A stretch of 55,702 nt of DNA, counting the filler, from Sluysia triapertura (taxonomy: Eukaryota), in the NCBI GenBank assembly GCA_046118255.1. It is 4 parts of 4 records of this genome, joined end to end, with 100 filler letters (N's around TTAATTAATTAA, not from the genome) between each part and the next. Parts side by side here need not be neighbours in the genome. Positions count along the whole stretch, not along the records: positions 13,188 to 28,916 come from JBJNIA010220690.1; positions 29,017 to 44,167 come from JBJNIA010237219.1; 2 more parts are not named here. One strand, written 5' to 3'. The notes under the pieces were generated by a model that saw only the letters and a program-made list of their open reading frames with translations, did no database searches and was not told where the DNA came from. The translations under genes were made by a program, and so were the position numbers. Within the stretch, counting starts at the first letter, position 1, and each line of letters begins with the position of its first letter. Positions 26,227 through 39,909 of the stretch are shown here, piece after piece.

Positions 26227-28838
26227 GTATCATTACATATTGTCCTATTACAATTATTTTAATAATATCGTCATTACTGTATTGGAAATAATTCTATAAT
26301 ATTGGAAATAATTTATTATCGAAAATTCTAGTATAAAAGGAGGTAAGAATATTAAAAAACTCACACAATAATACTCTGTACTCAATTCGATATTCACGAG
26401 AGCCACACGGGTTATAACCAATATTCCGAAGTTTGACTTATAAAAAATAACAAATGGTTCAAGTTACTGATCCAGCTAAGCAATTCGAGTTACCCATTTA
26501 GCAAACAACTACATCGAAATTTTATGTTATTCGTTGTGAGTAAGTGATTTTGATTGCCTTTCTTTGTTTGTAAACATTATTGTTAAAGTTAAAATTGTAC
26601 ATTTTACAAAATTTTTATATCTAGATATTCATTTTGCGTTAATTTATAAATGAACTATTTCGTTTTTATTTTGTTATAACTAAATTGAGGGTAGCTCCCT
26701 AAAAAAGAGGATATATATATTGATTGATTAAGTTGAAACCTGAACATTTACGAATAACGTTCAATTACAGTTGAGTGTTACTAATTCATACCTCCAGTTA
26801 AGTTTAATATAAAGTGATAACATTAATTGAGATCTTCAGAATAATTATAAATTCCATAAAGAGATTTGAATTAATAATAAAGAACAAGAATTTTTTAAAG
26901 TATAAAACATTATCCAGACATATTTAAATTTGATAAAAATTTGATTAAATAAAAACAAAGAGATAACGCATAAATTTTTAAAGACTCAGAAGAAACCGAG
27001 AATAAATTTACATTAACATATTGTAAAAACTTTATTACACAACTACTAATGAGATTTTGCGGTAGAAGAAACCATCTGTATTGAAGAAACGTATTCTTCA
27101 TCATACCGTATCCATATAAATTCTGGCATGAATGTTTCGAACCTGTGTCTGATTTGAGTGATCGTGAGAAGGAAATAACTGAATAACCGAAATAAAAAGA
27201 GTGTACTAACAAATTCATTAGGAATGTTAATAAAGTTAAACAAGATTTAAAGTGGTGTCTACTAAAGTCAGCCACGAGTTATATTTTTCATTCATTTTGT
27301 AATTTAAAGCCCTTTGTTTTGAATAAAGTTACACTTTCAGATTTAATATATGACATGAAATGTGGCTACTCGGTCTGGTCTAAATTTATTGTGTGTTCTT
27401 ATTTATTGTAATAGTAATTATGAAATTTAAAAGTTATGCTAAAAATTTAGTTACATTAAAATTGTGAAGAAAACAATGTAATGATAGATGTTACTTGCCG
27501 TATATTTTTAAAGTCTCTTAGTAATACTGATATTGTTTTTAATTTAAATAGTTTGTTGTTGAAGCACCAATTATACCAATGAAGGATATCAAATATATTA
27601 TGGATAAGGATATGAATCTCGATGCTGAATCTTTTGATTTTCTTCAAATATAAAGTTATTGTTATTGTATTATTAGTTATAAGTTTGAAATTTTAACATT
27701 AAAAATTAGCCACAGTTATCCATAAACAAATACATAATTTTAAACCAGTCATTAACTAAACACTTGGTGAATGCTATCTTGCAAGATGGGAAGTAGTCAT
27801 CAACATGATTAGTGCTGATTGATTGTAATCGGGTTACTTTTATTGTAAGTAACTTTCATAATTTTATTTATTGCAAAATACTAGCCAAAATCGTAGCCAC
27901 TAAATTTTCAAAAATTTAAAATTTGTATTGGTAAATTTAAAATTAAATTGGTGCCCTGATCACTCTCTAAATTGGTATAATGCCACCAGTTTGATGACTT
28001 ACCTATGTGCAGTGTGGAAATTCTGCAAATTTTCCTGTACTAAATAATTTATTTTGTGTTGTACAATGATTATTTAATAAAATTATGTTTTATTTTATTA
28101 TACTTTTAGTTCGGATTTTTGAATTTGTTTAGATTTGTGTTTTGATATTCTTTCTTTATTAAATCTTATACAACTTCTTGATAATTAATTGTTTCTTATT
28201 TTTTACTGGATGAACCAATCAAATTTTAACACTGAATAACATAAAAAATAAAACTCTGGTTGTTTTTTTGTAGAGTTTGTTAGTATGATTCTTTTATATT
28301 AATTATTTATCCAATTTGTTTTTATTATAAATATATTTGGTATTTTTTATTACGATTAAATTAAAATTGATTATAATTTTAACTAAAATAATTATTATAA
28401 AATCAGTGACAAAACAGATTAAAATTTAGTATTAAAACTTTACAAAAATTAAATAGTAAAAATATATTAAATAAAAGCTAAAATTTCGTGACACAGTTAC
28501 CATATTACTTGCTGCAGTCGTTCATAAATCGAAAATAATCAATATAAAAATTATAAAATAGACACAAAACGTGAAATTGACCATTTATTGTTCATTAATA
28601 AACATAAAAATATTTGGTAATGATAAATTTGTATAGATACTAATTACATAAACAACTAATTACGAACTGTAGAGAAAATAATATAATAGTACAAAAGAAA
28701 TTTATAAAAATAATTCTAAAACAGATCAATAGAGAAATATCAATAGTTATTTATTGAATGCATTCCGTCTCCCATAAAAATTCATTAAGTTTTTTATATG
28801 GTTTTATTAGATTGTTGTTGAATTTGGTACAAGAATAC

Positions 28839-28839
<1 letters not shown>

Positions 28840-28910
<71 letters not shown>

Positions 28911-28916
28911 GTTATT
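28840..28916. repeat. (ATT)n microsatellite at a contig end
   Basis: Near-perfect trinucleotide run abutting the N linker. Confidence 0.95.
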
Positions 28917-29016
28917 NNNNNNNNNNNNNNNNNNNNNNNNNNNNNNNNNNNNNNNNNNNNTTAATTAATTAANNNNNNNNNNNNNNNNNNNNNNNNNNNN
29001 NNNNNNNNNNNNNNNN
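28917..29016. other. Artificial assembly linker
   Basis: Same 100-nt structure. Confidence 0.98.
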
Positions 29017-30165
29017 TATATCATCAGAAATATTTGAAAAATAATGATGTGTTCATAAAATTAGTTTAGTTGTAATTTCTTTAAAATGGTATGACTGTTT
29101 TTGTTACATTATCAACATACAATTTATTAAATTAGGAGAATGATGATTACTTATTTTTATTTTAATTTTTTATACATGAATTAACAAATTATTAAAAAAT
29201 GAATTGGAAAAATATCAGATAACAATGATCAAATGGAGAAATTTAATCCAAATATCTTTGTACTCACTGAAAAAGGTGAGTTAAAATCTTTTTGAGATAG
29301 GGTTTCTACATTTTACAATTTAATACAATTTAAAGATGTTTCGTTGCTTTATTTTAATGTGATAAGTGTTCTAACATGGAGTAACAATCTTTGGAAGCAT
29401 TTATCAATATGAAAAATTATTTTCGAAATTAAAATACACTACAAACAATTTCAAAAAAATTGATCAACAATCACTCGTAAAAACTGCCCAATATTGAATT
29501 TCTCATCAATTTTTTGATTATAACTTTGTAAGATTTTTCAATGATTCCTATGATTTCTTAAGCTAAATCAATTTTTGCAATTACTTTAACAAACTTATAC
29601 AATATACGTAATTTTCAATATTTTAAGTTTTACCGTCTTCGTTGTACGTACCATGTACTTATAAATACGTGATCCTACTTGCGAAGTCAAAAAAGTTGGC
29701 GAACCTATTTTACAATAATGATGTATAGAAATATCATTGTGGTGAGCTGAAAATCAAAACACTCTGATTATAAACACAATCGTATGCAAACATCAACACA
29801 ATTTAACACGAATCTTGCAAATAAAATCTTAAACAAATTTCAACGTAATCTTACACAATATATCAAATCACAATTTTATAATATAATATTAAAATCACGG
29901 TTTAAAATCAAAATTTCTTATACTCACTAATTTAACGTTTTATTAAAATTATTGTTAGTACTATTGTTGTTGTTCTTTAAACTTACCAATCTTATGCTTT
30001 TACTTTCGCATGTATGTATGTATGTATGTATTGATCCGCTTGATTCTTGGTATCAAATGAAAGCTCTTTAATGTGACTATTATTTTTGAAAAATTCCTAT
30101 TGTTTGACAAGTCATCTTTAAAAAACTATTACAGAAAATAAAAATTAATTAATTATTATCTAATA

Positions 30166-31512
30166 CAGGCATGGCCAACATTTTTTGCCCCCGGGTCGGA
30201 TTGTAAAAAAATTTTTTTACGGATACTGAACTAAAAATGGTAATAAGAGAAGCACTTATTCATTTAGGTGTTATGAAACTTTTCTTATGAACCTGTCTAT
30301 AAATAATTGTAAGTAATCACAACATCAAATTAGCATAATAACTAATGCGAAGTGTTGAGACGGCTTGTATATCGCTTATTAGTTTTTTATATCTTGTTCT
30401 ATATTTGTAGTGGCTATTCTTAACGCAGCCTCCAAATGAGAATCATCAAATGCAAATCTTTCATTAAAGAAAAGGTTTGTCCATGGCATTAAGATATTCA
30501 AGGAGATCAATAAATTTCCTGTGATTTTGATCGTAGGTAATTCCTTATTTCACAACTACATTTGTAAGATTCAATCGATACATCGAATAATGCAATGTAT
30601 GGGTATAATTTTTGACTTAGATCGATTTCGAAAATCTTATCTTCGATGCGTTCGATGAATCCTGTATGTTTTCCGGCCATATTTGGTGATTCATCTGTTG
30701 CAACATTCATCAATTTTTTCCAATCTACATTGTACTTCAAAAGACACTTTTCAATCTCTCGGAAAAGATCTTTTCCTCTTGGTGTGCTTTTCATCGGAAC
30801 AATTGACAGAAGTTCCTCTGAAATTTGAAAATCTTCAGTGATAGTCCTGATAAAAATTACAACTAAGCAGTGCCTTTTACATCACAACTTTTGTCCAGAG
30901 CTATTGCATAAAAGTTGACCCATTTTAAATTATCTAATAATTGATTACTTATATTAGCATTTAAATTTTATATTCTTCTAACTACAATTTTCATAGATAG
31001 GTTTATATTTTAAAATTTACTTTTACACATCACATAACAAACATCCAACAGGCATTTTTTACAAATTCTCCTTCAACAAGAGATTTTCCGCATTATAACT
31101 AATAAACTTGCTTCAGTAGCAGATTCCTGTAAGAGATTTCGCTTTAATAAGGCACTTTATTGGAGAGTTAATTTTATTATCAAATCTGCAACTTACTTTT
31201 TTCGACTTTCTTCACTAAAATTTCAAAGCGTAAGTTGCATGCTTAGTTTGAAAATGTCTTCTCAAGTTGTATTCTTATGAAACTGCCACACTCGAATTAC
31301 AAATAAGACAAACTACTTCATTACTGTACATTGTAAAAAAAATTTCCATCTCCACTCCTCATTAAATATTCGGCATCCTAAATCTACTTTTAGCTTTTTT
31401 GAAGCTATCATTAGAAGAAAATACAAAATATTAAAATACCGTATTAATACGTAAATAATATCGTAACTAACTGAAACAATGTTAAATTTATACAAAGACT
31501 TGGAGACCGCTA
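30166..31512 (-). mobile_element. Decayed hAT (Buster/SPIN/GTF2IRD2-like) DNA transposon
   Basis: KKLKVDLGCRIFNEEWRWKFF, VCLICNSSVAV..YNLRRHFQTKH and KSTPRGKDLF..DWKKLMNVATDESPNMAGKHTGF are typical of this clade; many stops and frameshifts; imperfect hAT-type termini CAGGCATGGCCAA (30166) and TTGGAGACCGCTA (to 31512). Confidence 0.85.
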
Positions 31513-33004
31513 TAGCGCAAATTATAGTAAATATTTTTTTAAAATTAATTTAATGCATTAAATAACAACTGATGATAAAAATTAATCGCGAATTCACTCG
31601 ATTAATAACTGAAAGTTGAATTTTATGTTGAAAAGTTCTTCATTGACCATATCTAATAGTACTGTTAATTTTTGTGTCTAGTCATGTGATAAATCCTACG
31701 TTGGAACAGTACCGAATTTTTAATTCAATCATTTACCAGATAATGATAGTATTGATCGAACATAGAGAAATAAATTTTAACAAATTGTGGGCTTGGTGAA
31801 ATTGATATTAGACCATTATCAGAAAGTTTAATGCATAATAAAACAATAACAAAATTTAATTTAACTGATAATTGTTTAGTTGACATCGGTATTATTCCGT
31901 TCTAATTAAATTTGACTTATAATCGATTAACTCATATTTATTCACAAAATTTTAGTGAAACATTATCGAATTGCACAAATATTATAATCATATATTTAAG
32001 TCATAATCTTTTCAGTGATAGAGTTTCAATAACATTATGTGACTTATTAATTTAAAATATTTATGTCTGTCTTATAAATTTTTTATTAAATTTTGATAAT
32101 CTTAATACTCAAAAAATCATGAGTAAATTTAAGACAGGTTTATGTAAAAATACGTCAAATAAAACGCTCTACTTATCTCATATTTCATTTTATAATAAAA
32201 TATCTTTTCATTAAAGTTTCGTTAAAGTATTAAAAACAAATGAAACCTTAGATGAATTAATCTATACTGAATGTTTAATTTCTTTATCTAAACAACTACA
32301 TCAATGTAAAGTAATAAAAATCTTACGATTAGATTTAAATACAATTTTAACAGTTATTAATTTTTAAAACCACCATTTAGAATTTTGATTTTTGACAGTG
32401 TAAAAGTAAATGAAATTAAAACTTTAGTGAAAATTTTCGTGAACTAATTCCAGATTTAATAATACCAACTGGTGTTAGGTTAATAGAAACAATAACTTCC
32501 GACATTAGTTCATTACATCGATTAAGACTATTAAGACTATTAAGACTATTTTGTTTATATTTGTTAAGTTATTTTGTTTTATTTATTAAATTAACTTGCC
32601 CATTGAATTTTGTACACGTTTAATTCATCAAATCTAAAAAATTCAAAATAAAAATAATAAATAAATCTGTAAAAAATTTTTAAGAGATATCAGAAATTAA
32701 ATTAAACATAAAAATTTTAAAATTCGAATATACTATTGAATTTATCAAATATTTAAAGATAAAGAAGTTAGGAGCAGAAAAATTAGAATTGAGATTCATT
32801 AATAAGTTTGCTAGCAGATCTAAAATAACAAATAAATTTATAACAAAACCATCCTCAAAACAATAATGAAAAATCATTTTTAATTAAAAATTATGAACTT
32901 TATTGCATCATTATGCAGCTTTAAACTATGTTTACAGCATCAATATTTGATTTAAAATATTGAATATACTCGCAATTTTATTCGTATTACTTTTCAATAC
33001 ATAC

Positions 33005-33154
33005 CTTTTTAACGGGAACCGTAGACTTGAGCCAACTAACAACTTCAGGTTTTTCGTGCCTTCTGGATTTTTGCTTTTTATCTCCCTCTACTCTTGCTGA
33101 TAAAGAATCTTCTTCTTCTGAATTAATTTCCAAAGCTCTACGAGTCAACTTTCC
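33005..33154 (-). CDS. LIG4: DNA ligase IV exon 3 (linker before BRCT domains); later exons not found
   Basis: TTTTAG|GGAAAG...AAAAAG|GTATGT encodes GKLTRRALEINSEEEDS...KKQKSRRHEKPEVVSWLKSTVPVKK, continuing LIG4 GKL..acidic/basic linker in phase 0. Not in the ORF track. Confidence 0.72.
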
Positions 33155-34096
33155 CTAAAATAAACAATCAATTATTTAACACATTTATTTCATTGGAAAT
33201 CCAAATCTAAACTTTGTTAATTAGGCAGTTTAAAATGGTCAATGAAAATAAAGTCAAAATAAAAATATTTATATATTTCAATTCATTGAATCAATTCTCA
33301 AACAACTTTAATTACATTTTAATTACAACTTTAAGTATAACATTTTATTTTTTTGTAAAACAAAAGATTGATGCAGATATTTTTAAATTATTAAAAATGA
33401 AACATTGTACAAAGACAAAAGGAAAATAAAGTAAAGAAGATCGGCAAAATTATTCTGTTCCTGATGAGTTTTGCAAAAATGTTCTTATGTCAAGAGTTAA
33501 TTCAATAACAAAAATGAACCATGTTAATTGTGGTATAGACAATAAGCCCACGATTTAGTTTTTGTGTTCTGAATTTTATAATTTAGCTTTGATTTTAATA
33601 AAACGTTTTAAGCATTATGTATTTATTTGTAGTTTACTTTGAATATTTTGAAAATGTTTAATCTGACTTTTATTTTGAGTAAGATACACGCATTTGTAGG
33701 TATTAAAGTTTCTGACAATACAGCAATAGTTGCTAAAGCTCGTGTTTACGCCATTTGTATATAACATCACTAAATATGTCAAGCTCAACGAGGAAGGATT
33801 TTTAAAACTATTTTAAACGTTTAATTATCCTAAGGGAAAAACTTGTGTTTAATATTTCTTATGCATTAAATTGTTATGTACGGAAAAATTGAATCTGTTT
33901 TCTTTCCGACTTTCATGATTTCGCGCATAATCATTCATACAACAATGAAGTTTTTAATTACTGTTAGACTGAGTTGAAGTTTGGTTGTTAATTTGTTTTT
34001 ATTGTTGTACTTCATCGCAAACTCAATGTACGTTATTACATTGATATAATTGGTTATCAAAAAAATATTTTTTTGTTAGTTCATTATATTACAAAC

Positions 34097-34390
34097 CTTA
34101 TTTTCATATCTTAAACTTTCCAAATCTTCCAATGTTATACAATCCTCTACTGGATTCTTGTCGTCCCGAAACCTATCTATTCTACTAAATCGAAGAGTAC
34201 ATCCAGTAGCATAATTGTTACTATTCATAATTTCAGCCGCTTTCAATTGGACAATAAACGATTTAGATGGTTCAATTAATAAATCTGGTCGATCCTTATG
34301 CTTACCAGATAATACTAACCAACTTGGTATTGAATCTTTGTTGAATTTTGTCCAGTGTGGCAGCATTTTTGTGTTGTATTCGTATAAAAT
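34097..34390 (-). CDS. LIG4: DNA ligase IV exon 2 (OB fold, motif VI)
   Basis: ILYEYNTKMLPHW..PDLLIEPSKSFIVQLKAAEI..YATGCTLRFSRIDRFRDDK; acceptor AACTAG ends at 34391, donor AAG|GTTTGT at 34096; both phase 0. Confidence 0.88.
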
Positions 34391-36194
34391 CTAGTTATAT
34401 ATGTCAAACAATCGTTTAAATGTAAATATTATTTAAATTTTGTTAATTAATGCAAATTCAAAACACTTTAAATTAATATAATTTAACATAATTAAACTGG
34501 GTAAGTAATCAAATTACGAAAATTTCGATAATTTGCAGTTTTTCAAGTCATTATAGAAACACGTATAGAAATATAATTTCTATGATTTAACATGTAATGA
34601 ATGAATCAGTAGGATCAATTGTCTGGTAAAATAAAGATAAAGTATCTTTGAACAAATATTCATCTGGCGTGCATGAAGAAATAAGAGTTCAAATTTTAGA
34701 ATATGGAATCTATGGAAAGCCTTTGTGCAAATTCATATAAGTTTATGCGGCGTAATCAATATTGCGCAATTAATGGTAAAAAATACGCTTAAAATATAAT
34801 GGGATTTGGACTTAATAAAGCCCAAAAATTATGACAGAAATAGTGAAAAAGATATGAGATATATTGATCATATTTTCATTGATGAAACAATTATTAAAAC
34901 AGAGGAAATAAAATTGTTATTCGAAAATTTTGAGTTAATATACAAAAAGCTTTAATACGTATGCATTAAAATGACAAAATAGTGAAATGGAAACAAATGT
35001 GATAAAAGTTGTTGAAAACGAAAGCATATTTCCTCTGACAAGATTGTTGTTCGCATGTTATAATTAGAAAGATTATCAGAAGTTTATTGAATGTAAAACT
35101 GCTCGAAAAATTAAATTGATTATTAAACGGAATGCAAAATCATCTACAATAATTATATTACTATCCAAATAGATAAATCATGCATAAAACATACCTTATA
35201 CAACGTTATCTATGCATTCAATGAAAATTACAAAAATTACAAATTATTAATACTTTATTTATATTGAATGCACTTCTCCAGCAATGCGATCCTCACATTC
35301 ATTAAGGACTTTACCAAGCATTTTATACATCTTATCTCTTCATTAAAATGCTTTTCCTATTCATGTTTTATTTTGATGTCTGATAAACTTTTCACTAAAG
35401 AATTTAAGATCTATCAGTTATTAGCATTGTGTAGCAAACAGAAAACTTTATTTCAAAAGATTTAAAAAAGGAAACATTTTGAAACAAAAGAATGTTAAAT
35501 GTGAAAATAAAAAGTTTTTAATTCATTTACCAGGTACCTTATGTTATGGTGTAAATTAAGCCGAGTCCAACAAAATATTTAATTTTTACAAAACAATGCA
35601 TAACTTATACGAAATTAATCACTCTTCAAAACTTAGCAACTTCGGACTTAAACAATTACATGTATAAATCACAAAGATGGTATACTGTGGTGCAACTTAA
35701 GTTTAGATGAACTGAAAGTTTGATTAAAGACATAAATGTTGCTGAAATAGATAATATAGCCAAAGAATTAAATCTATGTATTAAATGGATTTGAAAAATG
35801 TAATTATTAAATCTCATAATAAATCATTAGTATGAGATCGTGAAAAAGTCAATATCAAATCATTTTTTGAAATGGTGATGGAAATTTTATGAGTGAAGGC
35901 AGAAATGTCAAGAGCTTAAGATTTTAATAAAATAAGATTTTAACCAGTAATAAAGAATACAAACTACGTAGAATTTCTCATAGCTATGCCTAAGGTAAAA
36001 ATTTGGACATTAAACGAATATCTACACAGTATCAAGAATGTTAAACTATCAGCACAGAACTAATTAGATGAAGAATAAGTAGTATAAATTGGACTTTGAT
36101 GTTACAAAATTTAACAATCAAAAGTACGTAACGATCATAGATTATGGTCCGTGTCAATTTGCAGTTGGCAAGGGGATTAACAATGTTTTTATTG

Positions 36195-36370
36195 CAATTC
36201 GTTTTATAGTCTTATGATTGCGTTCTATAATTCCATTACAATTTAGCCTACTTTCTGAGTTTGGTCAACAGACAATTAGAGTACATTTTATTTCAATGAA
36301 TTCCAAAATATTATGAGTAGAATATTTTCTTAATACTTCAGCGCAATCATAAAGATTATAAAACGAATTG
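36195..36370. mobile_element. MITE-like element with ~28-bp inverted ends inside LIG4 intron 1
   Basis: CAATTCGTTTTATAGTCTTATGATTGCG versus CGCAATCATAAAGATTATAAAACGAATTG. Confidence 0.65.
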
Positions 36371-37221
36371 TAGCAAAATCGAAGATTGATATAGGAATAA
36401 TATCATACCATCGGAAGGCAAAAAAATTAATCACGGTCTTCGTTAGTTTATAGTTATTCTACAAATTATAATAATAGATATAACTGACGACGATATGTAT
36501 AGAGCAATGACGTAAAAGAAAGCTCTTTAAGAAATTGCAGAAAAAATACCTTCAATAACAATACATTTCCAATAAAATATTGAATGAATGGATTTAAACG
36601 TCTTTAAAATTTAATTTATCAATGTTTCTTTTTTTTAATAACAAAGAAACACTTTTTGAACTTTTATTTATACATTGTTATAATTTATCAGTCTGAAAAA
36701 ATGAATAAATTCATATAAGATTAACTAGATGGTTGAATTGTACAAATACACAACTTTAACTATAAGAATTTTATATTTCACTATCTTTCCCTTTACTTTC
36801 CAGAATTTACAATCAAATGAACTAAATAAATTTACATTCTGAATGGTAAGTTATATTATATTTTATTAAGTTTATTATAAAAGCATTTTCACATATTTAC
36901 AATGGACCTCCAAATAGAGTACCCTTAACTTGGAATCTATTTTTTGATTAACACAGTACACAGCTTCCAAAAGTAACATTCGAACTTAATAGGAAACTAT
37001 TGGATAAAACTAACAGAATTTCATGTATGAAAGAGGTCAAATAAATTGTTAAATCCTACGACATTTATCAAAACCATTTATTACACTACTAGTTAATAAA
37101 TTATAGACTTTGAAAACTTACAAAGATATTTTATAAAATTTCTAATAAATCTTAAATTATTTTAATTAATTAATTTAATTTAAAAAATTAATTAAATTTT
37201 TTCATTAATATAATTACAAAC

Positions 37222-38721
37222 TTTTCTAGAAAAACCTGATCCAACTTTAGTAAAGCTTATAAATTTATCTCCCGATTTAACAGCACATAAAAAATCATGA
37301 ATTAATTGACTACCAGAAAAATATCCACCCACTATAACACAATCCAATTCTTCATGTAATCCCAATACATAATCAGGTTTCATTTTGAACCAACCACCTT
37401 TTCGAGAATTTACTTTATACAACGAATCTAGACGTTTGATCATCAATCCTTCATCACAATTTGATATTGCGTCATTAAATGCTTCAATACACTCACTTCT
37501 GGTAGTAGCTTCTTTCCATTTAGATAACTGAATTCTTCCTTCTAATTCTGAATGTAAAATTTCCGTATCTAATATCCTTTTTCGTTCTTTTAATTCTGTG
37601 CTTATTAATGATGCTTTATTTAAATATAGAATATCGAATGCAATAAAACATGGCGAATAGCCTGATAATTCTTCCACATTTTTTCTTTTTATATCAAAGT
37701 CTTCTGCTTTAGTACCCATTTTTTTAGTCAATGCATTATAACCCATCATTTCTCCATCTAAAATACAATTTCGAACAGTTGGCATGAATTGTTGATGTAT
37801 GTACTGTGTTAAAGTTCCTAAACTTCGATCTGATCCGTAACTATTAGTCCATTCTAATCCATTTCTAGACCAATAGCGATACATATCACCATCTTTATGC
37901 AACTGAACTCTTTCTCCATCGTATTTAGTTTCATAAATAAATTTTTTTCCTTCTAATTGACAAATAATATTTCGTGCATCACCACGTTCACTCAACATCG
38001 GTTTAAATGGTTTAAATAATTGTACATCAAAACTATCCACAACTTCGGCACCAGCTTCTTTAAATTTGGAACAAATTGCTTCCAAATCATTTGTAACATT
38101 ATAAAATTCTTCGGCAGAAGGATGGTATGTTTTGAAAATAAATTTAGAATTCATTCCTAAATAAAGATCTTTAAGAATAATGCGAACAAGCCACTTTTGA
38201 TCAAGAGCATTCATATTTTGTAATAAATACATCAGATTTTCAGTAACTAGATCTTTGCTAGAACTTCCGTTACCTTCAGCTATTTTATCTAATTTTTCAT
38301 TAACTTCAGAAATACTAATAACACCTTTAAAGGGACACCGTTCCTTTAAAATTCCATATACTACTTCAGAAAAATCACCTACTTTATTTTTATTATATTT
38401 TGGTGATTTATAATTGATTAATTTTTTTGCATCCGGATTTTCATCCCCTAAGCATAAAAGATTACAATATATGCGCGCCAATGCATGTTCTCTAATGCCA
38501 TATGATTGACGAGACTTATCACAAGTTGGAAGAAGTAACCTCATTACCGGAAAAAATGAATCGCCACTATAATTCAAGTTAGTTATACTTGCGCCATGCA
38601 GGCGCCACTGATTGATAAACTGTTTCAAAAGATTCTGCTTATCACTTATTTTGTTCGCTTTAGATATACGTTCCAATAATCCAACTAATTCTGAAAAACG
38701 AACATTTTCTGCAATTGACAT
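37222..38721 (-). CDS. LIG4: DNA ligase IV exon 1 (500 codons: DNA-binding and adenylation domains, start of OB fold)
   Basis: SFFPVMRLLLP..RQSYGIRE (LIG4-type DBD), motif I ETKYDGERVQLH, III ILDGEM, IIIa FIAFDILYLN, IV DEGLMIK, V RKGGWFKMKPDYV; donor AAA|GTTTGT at 37221. Confidence 0.93.
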
Positions 38722-39183
38722 AATACAAAAATTAAATAAAAATTAAATTTTGATGTTAAAATATTAAATTAATTATTTTAAATAATAGAGTTATTAAATT
38801 TACTCCTATAAGTTCAAGTTTTTCTCAAAGTAATTTAAAGTGTTATGTATTTAACTCTAATTAATACTATTCATACTCTAATTAATACTATATATTCACA
38901 AAATATTGCCATTAATAACAAAAATTAAGATGACATACGAATAACATTCACAAATAATGTAGCAAAATCTAAAGGCTACAAAAAAAGAAATAGTTAATAG
39001 AACTATGGTCTCCAATATAAATGGGTGATAATTATTTTTCTATATTAAAATAATCATCGTTAGAAAATCTTACACATTCAAACGCTAAATTAATATTTAT
39101 TTATGATTTTTTTTGGATGCGTTTACTGGAAATGTTTTAAATTGCCATAAGAATAATACTTTAAATTGGAATTTAAACCTACA

Positions 39184-39284
39184 TTAATCCTTTCGACACC
39201 GCTTGGCCCAGTTGGTCCCACTCGTATTTCTACAAGTTTCTCAGGCTTAGGAAGGTCATGTTACATATGGTTTTAGAGGATTAA
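39184..39284. mobile_element. ~100-bp TTAA-flanked MITE
   Basis: TTAATCCTTTCGACACC ... GGTTTTAGAGGATTAA imperfect inverted ends. Confidence 0.45.
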
Positions 39285-39751
39285 ATAAGGACAATGTTTT
39301 GCATAATCGTTTCTGTTTGTGCGAAAAATATTTGAATCAAATAAAATAAGTGAAAATATTATAAAGTCTAAAGTTGTTATTAATTTTTTAGAAGATGGCA
39401 GATTGCTTTAGAACATTCCACACTTTGATAGAGAATACTAAATTTACCAATTTTCACATTTTATGCTATTTCATTGAAAATTCATGAAAAATTATACATT
39501 TTTTATTAATTAACACTAACGCAAGTGGCGCCAGCTTTTTAATGGCTTTTCTCACATATATTTCATATAATCTCTCAAATAAATTTATGTTTGCAAAAAT
39601 GCGTTCACCGGCGGTTAAAGGGTTAAATAGATAAAAATTTATATGATGTGTAGATTTTTGTCGTAATTCACTATCGAAGAACAAATGTGAAATCTTTTGA
39701 TTTATACAAAAAACAAGTACAAAAATAATTTTCAATGACAAAAATCAACAG

Positions 39752-39909
39752 TTAACCTTCCGTCCACCAGTCGAGTCTAATGGGCCTGAGTGTAAATTTC
39801 ACTAGTTATTTTCTAGTAATATGTTACATGAAAATTGTTTTGACTTTCTGTTTTATGAAAAAAATTAATTTTGCAATGTTACTTATACTTTTGGTAGACA
39901 GAAGGTTGA
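39752..39909. mobile_element. ~158-bp piggyBac-type MITE
   Basis: Ends TTAACCTTCCGTCCACCA and TGGTAGACAGAAGGTTGA are complementary at 15 of 18 positions. Confidence 0.6.

Noticed and set aside
27945-27965. TGGTGCCCTGATC resembling a tRNA-His primer-binding site
   Set aside because: Imperfect match; no defined LTR pair or gag-pol nearby.
33460-33490. CTGATGAG resembling a hammerhead ribozyme core
   Set aside because: No stem II followed by GAAA and no flanking helices.
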